Assembly: GCA_964549305.1 (NCBI GenBank)
Contig: CAZJVM010000002.1
Location: forward strand, 47,245 to 98,111
Source: an uncultured bacterium
Lineage (GTDB): Bacteria; Schekmanbacteria; GWA2-38-11; J061
Direction of reading: 5' to 3'
DNA length: 50,867 nt
The notes below the pieces were generated by a model. The model saw only the letters and a program-made list of their open reading frames with translations, did no database searches and had not been told where the DNA came from. Positions 10,012 to 20,824 of the stretch are shown one piece after another. Position 1 is the stretch's first letter; every line of letters starts with the position of its first letter. A program made the position numbers and the translations under genes.

Positions 10012-10989
10012 ATGGCGTCCAACAGGATGAATGTATTGAGCAAAAAACATAATCCGGATTTGATAGAAATGCAACAACATAAAATTCTTGTCGTTGATGA
10101 CGAAGAAGTAATGAGATGTATGCTGAAGGATGTGTTGATGGATGAAGGTTATTATGTCGATGTGGCGTCAAATGGATTTGAAGGTGTGGGAAAAATCAAG
10201 TCCAACAGTTATGATTTGATAATTACCGATATTGTAATGCCGGAAATAGATGGAATCGAGGTTTTGAAAAAGGCTAAAGATGTTGCGCCGAATTCTGATG
10301 TCCTCGTTATGACCGGGTATGCTTCAGTGGAAACAGCAGTTAAATCAATGCGCCTTGGAGCCACTGATTATATCGTCAAACCATTTAACATTGAACAAAT
10401 TCAAATAGTAGTTTCAAGAACAATAGAAAAGAGAAATTTGCAAAAAAAGGCGGAAGAAGGAGAGTTTTACCGTGAACTTTCCCAGATAGACGGTTTGACG
10501 GAAGTTTATAATCATCGCTTTTTTCATCAACTCCTCGATGCGGAAATTAACAGGTCAAAGCGATATGACAGACCTGTTTCGGTTTTGATGTTGGACTTGG
10601 ATAATTTCAAAGAGTACAATGACGGCAACGGTCATCCCGCGGGGGATATGTTACTTAAACAAATTGCATGGATTCTTACCAAATCGTGCCGGGATTGTGA
10701 TTATGTTGCCCGATACGGAGGAGATGAGTTTTCCGTAATTTTTCCCGAAACCGACGAGAAAGAAGCATTTATGATTATTAAGCGCCTAAAACAGGTTATC
10801 GAAGAAACTCACTTTGATAAACAGGAAATATTGCCAGGAAACAGGGTAACCGTTAGCATGGGACTTGCAAGCTATCCAGATAATGCCAAAAATAAAAAAA
10901 ACCTCATAGAATGTGCGGATAAAGCATTATATGCAGCGAAAAAAAGAGGCAAAAATATTCTTGTCCTTTCATCCGATATTCAAAAATAA
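10012..10989 (+). CDS. Response regulator diguanylate cyclase (REC-GGDEF)
   Basis: REC (ILVVDD, TDIVMP, KPF); ARYGGDEF with RxxD I-site (RDCD) five residues upstream. Confidence 0.95.
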   Translation: MASNRMNVLSKKHNPDLIEMQQHKILVVDDEEVMRCMLKDVLMDEGYYVDVASNGFEGVGKIKSNSYDLIITDIVMPEIDGIEVLKKAKDVAPNSDVLVMTGYASVETAVKSMRLGATDYIVKPFNIEQIQIVVSRTIEKRNLQKKAEEGEFYRELSQIDGLTEVYNHRFFHQLLDAEINRSKRYDRPVSVLMLDLDNFKEYNDGNGHPAGDMLLKQIAWILTKSCRDCDYVARYGGDEFSVIFPETDEKEAFMIIKRLKQVIEETHFDKQEILPGNRVTVSMGLASYPDNAKNKKNLIECADKALYAAKKRGKNILVLSSDIQK

Positions 10990-10997
10990 GTGGTCTA

Positions 10998-12539
10998 ATG
11001 GCAGAAAAAATAAGAGTTCTCGTTACAGACGATTCAAAGATAATCCGTAAGTTTGTCCAAAAATCTCTTATAAGCCTCGGATATGAAGTAAACAGTGCTG
11101 AGGACGGGGCGGATGCATTGGAGAAGCTGAAAGTTGAATCTTACGATATTCTTCTTACGGACCTCATTATGCCCAAAATGGATGGCATCACCTTGGTAAA
11201 GGAAGTCGGTAAACTGGGCAAAGATGATATGGCTGTTATCGTAATGACGGCACACGGCACTTTAGAAACGGCAAGAATGGCCTTAAAGGAGGGAGCAGCG
11301 GGATACATTCTGAAGCCTTTTGATTTGAAGGAGGTTGAGGGGGTAATTAAAGATGCACTGACAAAAAGAAAAAAAAAGGAAGATGATATAAAGGTCAATA
11401 TATTCAGCGAGCTATGTTCGATTAACGAAAAAATAAATTCAAATATCGAAGTTGAACATATTATAAAAATGGTATTTCAATCCGCATTGAGCAATACAAC
11501 AGCAAGTTTTTGTTTTGCAGGGTTGTCTGATGACAACGGAAATGAAAATTTTACGGTTAGTAGTTTTCCGGAACGAAATTTTAACGAAGAATATGATTTT
11601 AAGAGATTTATGAAAGACTTCAGGTCAGGTTCAACTGTCTCAAGAGCGGTGGTCCTGGATAGAAACCCCGATAAGACCTATCCATTGAGAGAGAGATTCA
11701 TTTCCTGCAATATTTCAAAGTACCTGTTTGCAAGTAAAGAAGTTAACGCGATTATATCTTTTCCTCTAACCTTTTCAGGCGGATATAGGGGAGAAATAGT
11801 ATTTGTCTTTGACTCCTGCGATTCTTCAGAAATTAATGAAAATGATATACAGTTTCTTACATTTCTCTCCATGCAGGCTTCAATGTCCATTGACAATTCA
11901 AGACTCCTTAATGACCTTAATAATTCGTATCTTTGTGCTATAAGCTCGCTTGTAATGGGAATTGAAGCAAGAGACAGTTATACATCAGGTCATAGTCAAA
12001 GAGTAACAAGCGTGGGACTTCTTATAGGAAAAAAACTTGGATTAACGGAAAAAGAGTTGAAAATTATTGATAACGGTGGGAGGCTTCACGACATAGGAAA
12101 AATAGGGATTTCAGATACCATCCTTAACAAGCCCGGAAAGCTTAACGATGAGGAACGGGAAATTATAAAAAGGCATACCATTCTCGGAGAAAAGATAATC
12201 GCACCCATCAAAGCTCTCCAGGATGTCAGGTGTATAGTCAGAAATCATCATGAAAGGTATGATGGCAAAGGATATCCTGACGGATTAAAAGAGAACGAAA
12301 TCCCTGACATAGTCAAAGTCATAATTGCAGCGGATTCATATGACGCTATGGATTCAAAACGGGTTTACAGAGATAGATTGCCTTCAGAGTATATTAAGAA
12401 TGAATTTATCGCTTTGCGGGGTAAGCAATTCGACCCTTTGGTGAGTGATATAATGATAAAAATTATTGAAACCGGAGAAATTAAAAAACAGTTAATGCTT
12501 GCCGGTGACAATTCCGTCATTCAATTATCAGCAGCTTGA
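10998..12539 (+). CDS. Response regulator c-di-GMP phosphodiesterase (REC-GAF-like-HD-GYP)
   Basis: REC domain; GHSQRV, LHDIGKIG, HHERYDGKGYPDG. Confidence 0.93.
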   Translation: MAEKIRVLVTDDSKIIRKFVQKSLISLGYEVNSAEDGADALEKLKVESYDILLTDLIMPKMDGITLVKEVGKLGKDDMAVIVMTAHGTLETARMALKEGAAGYILKPFDLKEVEGVIKDALTKRKKKEDDIKVNIFSELCSINEKINSNIEVEHIIKMVFQSALSNTTASFCFAGLSDDNGNENFTVSSFPERNFNEEYDFKRFMKDFRSGSTVSRAVVLDRNPDKTYPLRERFISCNISKYLFASKEVNAIISFPLTFSGGYRGEIVFVFDSCDSSEINENDIQFLTFLSMQASMSIDNSRLLNDLNNSYLCAISSLVMGIEARDSYTSGHSQRVTSVGLLIGKKLGLTEKELKIIDNGGRLHDIGKIGISDTILNKPGKLNDEEREIIKRHTILGEKIIAPIKALQDVRCIVRNHHERYDGKGYPDGLKENEIPDIVKVIIAADSYDAMDSKRVYRDRLPSEYIKNEFIALRGKQFDPLVSDIMIKIIETGEIKKQLMLAGDNSVIQLSAA

Positions 12540-13020
12540 CACCTCCTTCCACCGTATCTCCCTCATTTACTAAAATGGACGTTATCTTGCCTTTCCTGGG
12601 CGCTTCTATTTCGTTCTCCATTTTCATTGCTTCCAATACAATCAATCCCTGTCCATCTTCCACATCATCGCCTTCTTTAATCAATACTTTGATTACTTTC
12701 CCGGGCATTGAGGCATTAATTACCTGCTTTCCTGCAGTGTCATCAAACCCTGTTTTCTTAATCTTCGATTTCTTTTTTTCATTTACAATACTGATGTGGT
12801 AATGTTCTCCGTTGATATGGATTGAGCAGTCGCCGTTTTTGTTATTGAGATTCACTTCATAAGATTTTCCGTTTATCAGGAGAGAGTAAAGCGAGTGTTC
12901 AGAATGAATAAGGTCAACTTCTATTTTTTTACCGTTAAGTTCAACTGCAAATTTATTTTCTACAATATTATTTATGTCTATTTTATATTCTTTATCATCA
13001 TGAACAGCTATGTATCCCAT
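12517..13020 (-). CDS. Biotin carboxyl carrier subunit of acyl-CoA carboxylase
   Basis: ASMPGKV, LEAMKMENEI biotinylation motif. Confidence 0.93.
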   Translation of the reverse strand: MGYIAVHDDKEYKIDINNIVENKFAVELNGKKIEVDLIHSEHSLYSLLINGKSYEVNLNNKNGDCSIHINGEHYHISIVNEKKKSKIKKTGFDDTAGKQVINASMPGKVIKVLIKEGDDVEDGQGLIVLEAMKMENEIEAPRKGKITSILVNEGDTVEGGVKLLIIE

Positions 13021-13029
13021 AATATTATG

Positions 13030-14517
13030 CTACCTGCCTTTCCATGGATTGAACTGTTTAAGGTGAGGTATGGCAATGTTATTCCCACCATTCTTTTTTT
13101 CATTTTCATAGGCGTTGAGCGCCGCAGAGATTAATGCAATATCAAAGTAATCATTTTTTGCCGTAGCGCTTTTTTCATCTTTAAAAACATTGTCTATAAA
13201 ACCTGTATTAAAATTGCCTTTAATGAAATGATTACTGCTCATAACCTGCTTGTGAAAAGGTATTGTTGTTCTGATACCGCTTATATAATATTCATCGAGA
13301 GCCCTTCTCATTTTTTCTATTGCTTCCTTTCTGCTTCTGCCCCAGCTTACAAGTTTGGATATGAGGGGATCATAGTAGAGTGAGACTTCAAATCCTTCAA
13401 AAACTCCCGAATCATCTCTGATACCCGGTCCTCCCGGAGCGCGTAAACTAAGGATTTTACCCGGTGAAGGCATAAAGTTGTTTTCAGGATCTTCCGCATA
13501 TATTCGGCATTCAATGCTGTGACCGTTTACTTTAATATCTTCCTGAGACATGCTCAGAGGTATTCCCGCCGACACTCTTATCATTTCCTTTACGAGGTCT
13601 ATGCCTGTAACCATCTCAGTTACGGGATGCTCAACCTGAAGCCTTGTATTCATTTCAAGAAAATAAAAGTTTTTGTCTTTGTCGACAAGAAATTCTACAG
13701 TCCCGGCACTGTGATATCCTGCTGCCTTTGCGGCTTTAATTGCGGCATCCCCCATTTTATTTCTCATCGATTTGGTTACGATTGGAGAAGGGCTTTCCTC
13801 GATTACTTTCTGATGTCTTCTCTGAATTGAACATTCACGTTCGTTTAAGTGTATGACATTGCCCTTTGTGTCGGCAAGAATCTGAACCTCTATATGTCTT
13901 GGATTTTCAATAAATTTTTCTATATAAACTGAGTCGTCGCCGAAAGCCGATTTTGCTTCGGAACGGGTTGTCCTCAATGCGGATGTAAGCTCCTTAGAGT
14001 TGTTAACGAGACGCATACCCTTGCCTCCTCCTCCTGCGCTCGCCTTCAGCATAATAGGGAAACCTATTTTTTTTGCGATCCTTCTCGCTTCATTGTCGTT
14101 CTTAATTTTTTCACTTGTCCCCGGTATTATTGGCACTCCTGCTTTTTCCATAGTTTTTCTGGCAAGAGTTTTAATTCCCATATTTTTTATTGCTTTGGCG
14201 TTCGGGCCTATAAAAACGATTCCGGATTTCGCGCAAAGATTTGCAAAATTAAAATTTTCGGCAAGGAAACCGTATCCGGGATGGATAGCGTCAACCTTGC
14301 TCTTTTGGGCAATTTTAACGATTTTTTTGTAGTCAAGATAACTTTCGTTCGGAGAGGGAGGGCCTAAGCGAAATGCTTCGTCTGCGTATCGTACATGGAG
14401 TGAATTTCGGTCTGCGTCTGAAAAAACCGCTACGGTTTTAATATTCATTTCTCTGCAGGCCCTAATAATTCGGACTGCAATTTCACCTCTATTCGCAATA
14501 AGAATTTTTTTAAACAT
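13030..14517 (-). CDS. accC: Biotin carboxylase subunit (acetyl/propionyl-CoA carboxylase)
   Basis: [45 protein letters not shown]. Confidence 0.93.
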   Translation of the reverse strand: MFKKILIANRGEIAVRIIRACREMNIKTVAVFSDADRNSLHVRYADEAFRLGPPSPNESYLDYKKIVKIAQKSKVDAIHPGYGFLAENFNFANLCAKSGIVFIGPNAKAIKNMGIKTLARKTMEKAGVPIIPGTSEKIKNDNEARRIAKKIGFPIMLKASAGGGGKGMRLVNNSKELTSALRTTRSEAKSAFGDDSVYIEKFIENPRHIEVQILADTKGNVIHLNERECSIQRRHQKVIEESPSPIVTKSMRNKMGDAAIKAAKAAGYHSAGTVEFLVDKDKNFYFLEMNTRLQVEHPVTEMVTGIDLVKEMIRVSAGIPLSMSQEDIKVNGHSIECRIYAEDPENNFMPSPGKILSLRAPGGPGIRDDSGVFEGFEVSLYYDPLISKLVSWGRSRKEAIEKMRRALDEYYISGIRTTIPFHKQVMSSNHFIKGNFNTGFIDNVFKDEKSATAKNDYFDIALISAALNAYENEKKNGGNNIAIPHLKQFNPWKGR

Positions 14518-14531
14518 CTTATAGATACCTC

Positions 14532-16082
14532 TTAGAAGGGAAGGTTGCTGTGTTTTTTCTTGGGCATGGAGTCGACTTTATTCTCAAGCATTAAAAGCGC
14601 AGTGATGACTTTCTGCCTGGTTTCTTTAGGTTCGATAATTTCGTCAATATACCCCAACTCTGCTGCAACATAAGGATTTGCAAATCTTTCTCTGTACTCC
14701 TTTACAAGCTCCTCTTTCTTTTTCGCGGGATTTTTAGCTTTTTCAAGTTCTTTTCTGAAAATAATGTTTACAGCGCCTTCCGGTCCCATTACGGCTATTT
14801 CTGCGGTAGGATAGGCAAAACTGATGTCACCGTGTATGTGCTTACTTGACATAACATCATAAGCGCCGCCATAGGCTTTTCTTGTTATTACCGTTATTTT
14901 CGGAACAGTGGCTTCACAATAGGCATAAAGAAGTTTCGCACCGTGCTTGATTATTCCGCCGTATTCCTGTGCTGTGCCGGGAAGAAAACCGGGAACATCT
15001 TCAAAAGTTATAATCGGTATGTTGAAACAATCGCAGAATCTTACAAATCGCCCTCCTTTAAGAGAAGCGTCAATGTCAAGCGTGCCCGCGAGGTGTGCCG
15101 GCTGATTCGCCACTATTCCCACAGAACGCCCGCCAAGACGCGCAAAGCCGATGATAATATTCTTTGCCCAGTGTTCGTGAACTTCTAAAAAAATGTTGTT
15201 ATCAACGACGCACTTTATGAGTTTTTTCATATCATAGGGTTTGTTGGGATTATCCGGAACGATTGTCTGAAGTGATTCGTCAACTCTGTTAGGATCATCT
15301 TCGCAAGGGATAGACAAAGGGTCTTCCTTAAAGTTTTGCGGAATATAGCTTAATAATTCCCGCGCCGCCAATAACGCGTCTTCATCGTTTTCACATGCAA
15401 AGTGAGCGACTCCGCTTTTTGAATTATGGGTCATTGCGCCTCCCAAATCATCTTTTGTGACATTTTCGTGAGTAACTGTCTTGATGACATCGGGACCGGT
15501 GATGAACATATAACTTGTATTTTTAGCCATTATAATAAAATCTGTCAAAGCGGGGCTGTAAACGGCGCCTCCGGCGCATGGACCGAGAATGAGAGAAATT
15601 TGAGGAACTACACCAGATGAAGTTACATTGCGCATAAATATTTCGGCATATCCTCCCAAGCTTAGGACTCCTTCCTGAATCCTGGCTCCTCCCGAATCGT
15701 TTATACCGATAACAGGACATCCGGTTTTCGTTGCCATATCCTGAATCTTAGATATTTTTCTGGCATATGTTTCGCTGAGACTACCGCCGAATACGGTAAA
15801 ATCCTGTGAAAAAACAAAAACCTGTCTCCCGTCTATTTTACCGTATCCTGTGACTACACCGTCTCCGTATATTTTCTGTTTGTCCATTCCGAAATCATGA
15901 CAGCGGTGGACAACGAACTTGTCTAACTCTACGAATGTTCCTTCATCGAGCAGTATTTCTATTCTTTCTCTTGCTGTGAGCTTGCCGGCTTTATGCTGTT
16001 TGTCGATTTTTCCTTTTCCTCCTCCGGATTCTGCCAAAGCATTTTTTTCTTTTAGTTCCTTGATCTGTTTTTCTATGGACAT
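14532..16082 (-). CDS. pccB: Acyl-CoA carboxylase carboxyltransferase beta subunit (PccB/MmdA-type)
   Basis: [43 protein letters not shown]. Confidence 0.92.
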   Translation of the reverse strand: MSIEKQIKELKEKNALAESGGGKGKIDKQHKAGKLTARERIEILLDEGTFVELDKFVVHRCHDFGMDKQKIYGDGVVTGYGKIDGRQVFVFSQDFTVFGGSLSETYARKISKIQDMATKTGCPVIGINDSGGARIQEGVLSLGGYAEIFMRNVTSSGVVPQISLILGPCAGGAVYSPALTDFIIMAKNTSYMFITGPDVIKTVTHENVTKDDLGGAMTHNSKSGVAHFACENDEDALLAARELLSYIPQNFKEDPLSIPCEDDPNRVDESLQTIVPDNPNKPYDMKKLIKCVVDNNIFLEVHEHWAKNIIIGFARLGGRSVGIVANQPAHLAGTLDIDASLKGGRFVRFCDCFNIPIITFEDVPGFLPGTAQEYGGIIKHGAKLLYAYCEATVPKITVITRKAYGGAYDVMSSKHIHGDISFAYPTAEIAVMGPEGAVNIIFRKELEKAKNPAKKKEELVKEYRERFANPYVAAELGYIDEIIEPKETRQKVITALLMLENKVDSMPKKKHSNLPF

Positions 16083-16237
16083 TGAATTTACCTCTGAATT
16101 TATTTCATACCGGTTAAAAATGCAGTTTTTTCACGTGCTCCCTTTTAATTTAAACGTTTGAGAAATATTATAAGCGCCCTTAGTTGTCAAGTAGGATTTC
16201 TTCGTCTGATTATATTTCAGTTTGATAAAAAATAGAA

Positions 16238-16266
16238 TTGACTAAATGCTTTATCATTATTAAAAT
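16238..16266 (+). promoter_or_regulatory. Sigma70 promoter of ilvBN
   Basis: TTGACT-N17-TAAAAT about 105 nt upstream of the ilvB start. Confidence 0.6.
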
Positions 16267-16370
16267 CAATATCTTAAATTATTTCAGTTAACGGTTTGTT
16301 TTATGGAAGATAGAGGTTGCCACCAAGTTGTTGCCGACGGTGGTGCTTTTATTAGAAAGGTTTGTAGTTA

Positions 16371-18038
16371 ATGAAAAAGAAAGGTGCGGAAATAATAGTA
16401 GAATCCCTTATCAGGGCTGGTGTAGATACGGTTTTCGGATATCCCGGGGGTGCTAATATTCCCATATATGATGCGATTTACGGGAGAAAGGAAATCAAGC
16501 ATATCCTCACCCGGCACGAGCAGGGAGCAATTCACGCAGCCGACGGATATGCCAGAGCCACAGGAAAAATAGGGGTGGTTTTTGCAACATCGGGTCCCGG
16601 TGCAACAAATCTTGTGACAGGTTTAGCAAATGCATATATGGACTCAGTGCCGTTACTGGCAATAACCGGTCAGGTGCCTACTCATATGATAGGCAATGAC
16701 AGCTTTCAGGAAGCTGATATTTACGGGATAACCGTACCAATAACAAAATACAATTATCTTGTAAAAGATATCTCCAATCTCGAAAAAACAATGGCTGAAG
16801 CCTTGTACATAGCATCTAACGGAAGGCCCGGTCCCGTTTTAGTAGATATTCCGAAGGATATTCAGGAAAAGCCGGTGAAGATGCAGAAAAATTTAAGTGT
16901 GCGGCTTCCCAGTTATAAGCCAAACTTAAAAGGCAATTCCGTACAGATAGATGCTGCCGTAAAAGCGATAGATAGTGCTGAAAGACCATTAATGTATGTA
17001 GGAGGCGGTGTTGTTATTTCCGGCGCATGCAGAGAGCTTTCGAATATCGTAAATAAGGCTTCCATTCCCCTCGTGCTTACTCTTATGTCAATGAGCGCTT
17101 TTCCTACGGAGAACGATTTTTGTTTGGGAATGGCCGGAATGCACGGCACTATATACGGGAATCTTGCCATAAGAGACTGTGACCTTCTTATTGCAGTAGG
17201 AGCGAGATTTGATGACAGGGTTACGGGAAATCCTGAACGATTTGCAAGGAATGCCAACATCATCCATATAGATATAGACCCTGCGGAAATAGGTAAGATC
17301 AAGAAAGCTTTTATACCTATTGTGGGGGATGCAAAAGCCGTTCTTTCTCTGTTAGCTGAAAAAGTTAAACCGCAAAAAAGAAGAAAATGGTTAAATAAAG
17401 TTAAACAATATAAAAAAGAATTTCCCCTTACCTATGAGAAATCAAAGGATACCATAAAACCACAGGCGGTTATCGAAGCATTGAATGAAGTGACTGGAGG
17501 AAACGCTATCTTTGTTACAGATGTGGGACAGCATCAGATGTGGTCAGCGCAATATCTGAAGTTTAAAAATACCCGTTCATTTATTTCATCCGGGGGATTG
17601 GGCACAATGGGTTTTGGTTTTCCTGCTGCTATAGGCGCGCAAGTGGGGCAACCCAAAAAAAATGTGGTAAATATAACAGGCGACGGAAGTTTTCAGATGA
17701 CTATCCAGGAACTTGCCACAGCATCGCATTATGAATTACCTCTTAAAATAGTTATTTTAAATAATGGTTTTTTGGGTATGGTAAGACAATGGCAGCAACT
17801 TTTTTTTGACAGTCGCTATTCTTTTACTGATTTGGGGGCTAGTCCCGATTTTGTAAAAATTGCTGAGGGCTATGGTGTTAAGGGAATGAAAATCGAGAAA
17901 CCCTCTGAGGTCAAATCTGCCCTTAAAAGTGCTTTCAAACATAAAGGAGTTGTTCTTCTTGATTTTAGTGTTGAAAGAGAGGAAAATGTATTACCTATGA
18001 TTCCTGCAGGTGGGTCCATAGACAGTTTTATGGAGTAA
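16371..18038 (+). CDS. ilvB: Acetolactate synthase large subunit
   Basis: FGYPGG, RHEQGA, TSGPGATN, RFDDRVTG, GDGSFQM...NNGFLGMVRQWQ. Confidence 0.96.
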   Translation: MKKKGAEIIVESLIRAGVDTVFGYPGGANIPIYDAIYGRKEIKHILTRHEQGAIHAADGYARATGKIGVVFATSGPGATNLVTGLANAYMDSVPLLAITGQVPTHMIGNDSFQEADIYGITVPITKYNYLVKDISNLEKTMAEALYIASNGRPGPVLVDIPKDIQEKPVKMQKNLSVRLPSYKPNLKGNSVQIDAAVKAIDSAERPLMYVGGGVVISGACRELSNIVNKASIPLVLTLMSMSAFPTENDFCLGMAGMHGTIYGNLAIRDCDLLIAVGARFDDRVTGNPERFARNANIIHIDIDPAEIGKIKKAFIPIVGDAKAVLSLLAEKVKPQKRRKWLNKVKQYKKEFPLTYEKSKDTIKPQAVIEALNEVTGGNAIFVTDVGQHQMWSAQYLKFKNTRSFISSGGLGTMGFGFPAAIGAQVGQPKKNVVNITGDGSFQMTIQELATASHYELPLKIVILNNGFLGMVRQWQQLFFDSRYSFTDLGASPDFVKIAEGYGVKGMKIEKPSEVKSALKSAFKHKGVVLLDFSVEREENVLPMIPAGGSIDSFME

Positions 18039-18046
18039 AATGTAAA

Positions 18047-18535
18047 ATGGAACGACATACATTATCGATTCTTGTGAGAAATCATGCCGGAGCGCTTTCA
18101 CATATTGCGGGTTTATTTGCAAGAAGGGCATACAATATAGAAAGTATTGCCGCAGGTGTAACCGATAAACCCGATATTACAAGAATAACCATTGTCGTGA
18201 AAGGCGACAATGACATTCTTGAGCAAGTAATAAAGCAGTTGAGAAAGCTCATTGATGTCATTAAAGTGATTGATTTAGGGTATTCTGATTCTGTCAGCAG
18301 GGAATTAGCGCTTATAACTGTGAAGAGTTCAAAGTCAACAAGAAGTGAAATAATGGAAATCTGCAATGTTTTCAATGCCACAATAGTTGAGCTTTCCGAA
18401 AAGCTAATGACCGTTCAGGTTGCAGGAAATGACAGGCAGATAAAAGGAATAATAAAGTTGCTCTCATTTTTCGGAATAGAGGAAATGGTGAGGACCGGAG
18501 TTATTGCGCTTCCTTACAGGAGTAAAAGAGAGTAA
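18047..18535 (+). CDS. ilvN: Acetolactate synthase small (regulatory) subunit
   Basis: ACT domain HTLSILVRN.AGAL...GLFARRAYNIESI, KQLRKLIDV, RELALI, EMVRTG. Confidence 0.95.
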   Translation: MERHTLSILVRNHAGALSHIAGLFARRAYNIESIAAGVTDKPDITRITIVVKGDNDILEQVIKQLRKLIDVIKVIDLGYSDSVSRELALITVKSSKSTRSEIMEICNVFNATIVELSEKLMTVQVAGNDRQIKGIIKLLSFFGIEEMVRTGVIALPYRSKRE

Positions 18536-18620
18536 TTTTATAATTTGACAAAAAAAATATTTTAGAAGATTATTGTGTTCCGAATTTTTTAAAAAGAGGC
18601 AGAAGTCAAAGGAGAAATTA

Positions 18621-18851
18621 ATGAAAGAACTGACGGAATTGATTGTGCAAAAACTGGTGGACAAACCGGAAAATGTTGGTGTTACCGAAACAAAGAGTGA
18701 AACAACGGTGATTCTTGAAATCGCAGTTGCGAAGGAAGAAATAGGATTGGTTATTGGCAAAAAAGGTAAAATTATAAATTCCATTCGAAATATAATTAAT
18801 GCTGTTGGAAGAAAAAACGGGAAAAAGGTAATTGTGGGAATAAAAGAATAA
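18621..18851 (+). CDS. khpA: KH-domain RNA-binding protein KhpA
   Basis: LVDKPENV, GLVIGKKGKIINSIR GxxG loop; AAGGAG RBS before ATG 18621. Confidence 0.85.
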   Translation: MKELTELIVQKLVDKPENVGVTETKSETTVILEIAVAKEEIGLVIGKKGKIINSIRNIINAVGRKNGKKVIVGIKE

Positions 18852-18935
18852 TTGCTAATGTTCTTCAACTGCCAACAACTTTTCAGTTATCTTTAAACAG
18901 GTTTTGAGGAATAGTTTTTTCGTGAAATAGGAGTT

Positions 18936-19478
18936 CTAAATAGTCGGCGGTTTTATTTCCATCAGTTTAGGAAGAAATACAGGTATTATTTCCAGAAGTT
19001 GTTTCTCGTCGTTTTCACTAAAATCTTCACCTGATTCCTCCAGAGTATATCCTTTTCTGCTGATTTGAATTACTCCGATTGCTGTTTCGCCCTGCAAAAG
19101 CGGAACGGTAATCATTTTTTGTATCGGTTTTGGCTTGTTCTCATCCATTTTTACCTGTTCGTAAATGCTGAGGTGTTTTATTTTCAGCATGTCATTTTTA
19201 ATTTCACATTTTTTTGTCATCATTACTTTGGTTGAAACACTTTCTCTTTTTGTCAGAGGAAAGGTTGCGCCGCCGTGATAAAGTTTTTTTGGAGCGATGA
19301 ACCTGAGAAATCTCTTATTGTTTGTCAAAACAATAAGAGCGATTTCTTCCGGTGTCACCTTGAACAGTTCGGCAAGATATGCGGAAATAGAATCGGTCAA
19401 TTCCTCGAATATTTCTTTTCTGTTTTCGTCGTTCAGTTTTTCGCAAATCTCATTTATTTTGGCTGTAAATCCTTCCAT
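18936..19478 (-). CDS. Stand-alone GAF-like domain protein
   Basis: QKMITVPLLQGETAIGVIQISRK...DFSENDEKQL GAF C-terminal signature; no output domain. Confidence 0.75.
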   Translation of the reverse strand: MEGFTAKINEICEKLNDENRKEIFEELTDSISAYLAELFKVTPEEIALIVLTNNKRFLRFIAPKKLYHGGATFPLTKRESVSTKVMMTKKCEIKNDMLKIKHLSIYEQVKMDENKPKPIQKMITVPLLQGETAIGVIQISRKGYTLEESGEDFSENDEKQLLEIIPVFLPKLMEIKPPTI

Positions 19479-19495
19479 ATTATTCTCTTGTCGCG

Positions 19496-20824
19496 TTAAC
19501 TGAGTTTTTCTTTAAGGTCCTGAACATCTTTCGCGAGTTTGTTGTTCTTTTTAAGTTCATTCTCGATTTTTTTGACAGAATGTATCACAGTCGTATGATC
19601 TTTTCCACCAAATTTTCTGCCTATCTGGGGAAGCGAATCGGACGTCAGTTGTTTGGAAAGATACATAGCAATCTGTCTTGGGATTACAAGTTCTCTTCTT
19701 CTGATTTTTGATTTTAAATCGCTTACTTTTATTCCAAACTTACTTGCAACTTCTTTTTGTATATCTTCTGTTGAGAAATATTTAACCGTTGATTTCATAT
19801 AGTGCTTCAAAATATCGTCTACAAGTTGAGTTGAAATTTTTTTGTCAGATATTTCGGCAAACATATTAACCTTTTTTATTGCTCCTTCGATTTCTCTTAC
19901 ATTCGAACCGAGGTTTGCAGCAATATGCATTGCAACATCATCTGATATTTTTATGTTCCACATATCGGATTTTTTTCTGATAATTGCTGCTTTTGTCTCG
20001 ATATCAGGTTCCTGGATATCCGCGATCAATCCCCATTCGAAACGGGATTTTAATCTTTCTTCGAGACTCGAAATTTCCTTTGGAGATTTGTCACTGGTAA
20101 CAACAATCTGTTTTTGCGAATCGTAAAGGTCGTTGAAAGTGAAGAAGAATTCCTCTTGTGTGCGAACCTTCCCGGCAATAAATTGTATGTCATCAATTAA
20201 AAGGATATCGGCTTTTCGGTATTTTGAGCGGAAATATTCCATTCTGTCAAAACGTATCGAATTAATGAGGTCGTTCACGAAATTTTCCGAGGACATATAG
20301 ATTATTCTTTTATTTCCGTTCTTTGATAAAATAAAATTGCCTATTGCATGAAGAAGGTGAGTTTTTCCTAATCCCACACCTCCGAAGATGAAGAGAGGGT
20401 TGTATCTTTTGCCAGGTTCTTCGGCGACTGCCATTGATGCTGCATTTGCCAGTTGATTCGATGTGCCTATGACGAAATTTCTAAAAGTGTAATAAGAATT
20501 TAATGAATTGCTCTTTATATTGGAATATTTGCTCTGTTTATTTTGCTCTTTTGAAGGTTTGTCATCACTGTCTTCCGTGGCAATGAAGCTTACTTCAATA
20601 TCGTTTTTTTGGGTGATTTTCGATAGTGTTTTTTGAATCAGCGCAAGATGCTTATCCTTTAACCACGTTTCGAAGTAGGGATTAGGTATCTCTATAATTA
20701 TTTCATTCTTCTCAGGAAAGTAGTCAAGAAGCGAGGTCGGTTTAAACCACGTATCAAAAGCTTTTTGATTAACCTTTTCGGAAATCAGTTCAAGCGCCTC
20801 ATTCCAGATATTATTTTCTATCAT
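19496..20824 (-). CDS. dnaA: Chromosomal replication initiator DnaA
   Basis: FDTWF domain I, YNPLFIFGGVGLGKTHL Walker A, LLIDDIQF, SRFEWGL, PRQIAMYL, IGRKFGGKDHTTVIHS. Confidence 0.98.
   Translation of the reverse strand: MIENNIWNEALELISEKVNQKAFDTWFKPTSLLDYFPEKNEIIIEIPNPYFETWLKDKHLALIQKTLSKITQKNDIEVSFIATEDSDDKPSKEQNKQSKYSNIKSNSLNSYYTFRNFVIGTSNQLANAASMAVAEEPGKRYNPLFIFGGVGLGKTHLLHAIGNFILSKNGNKRIIYMSSENFVNDLINSIRFDRMEYFRSKYRKADILLIDDIQFIAGKVRTQEEFFFTFNDLYDSQKQIVVTSDKSPKEISSLEERLKSRFEWGLIADIQEPDIETKAAIIRKKSDMWNIKISDDVAMHIAANLGSNVREIEGAIKKVNMFAEISDKKISTQLVDDILKHYMKSTVKYFSTEDIQKEVASKFGIKVSDLKSKIRRRELVIPRQIAMYLSKQLTSDSLPQIGRKFGGKDHTTVIHSVKKIENELKKNNKLAKDVQDLKEKLS

Noticed and set aside
12517-14517. 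Frameshifted pccA split into carboxylase and biotin-carrier parts
   Set aside because: Both ORFs have clean starts and stops, and separate subunits are a common arrangement
16238-16291. Ile-rich mini-ORF (TTG-TKCFIIIKINILNYFS) as an ilv leader peptide
   Set aside because: It coincides with the -35/-10 promoter hexamers, so it would not be on that transcript; Ile codons are expected in AT-rich DNA
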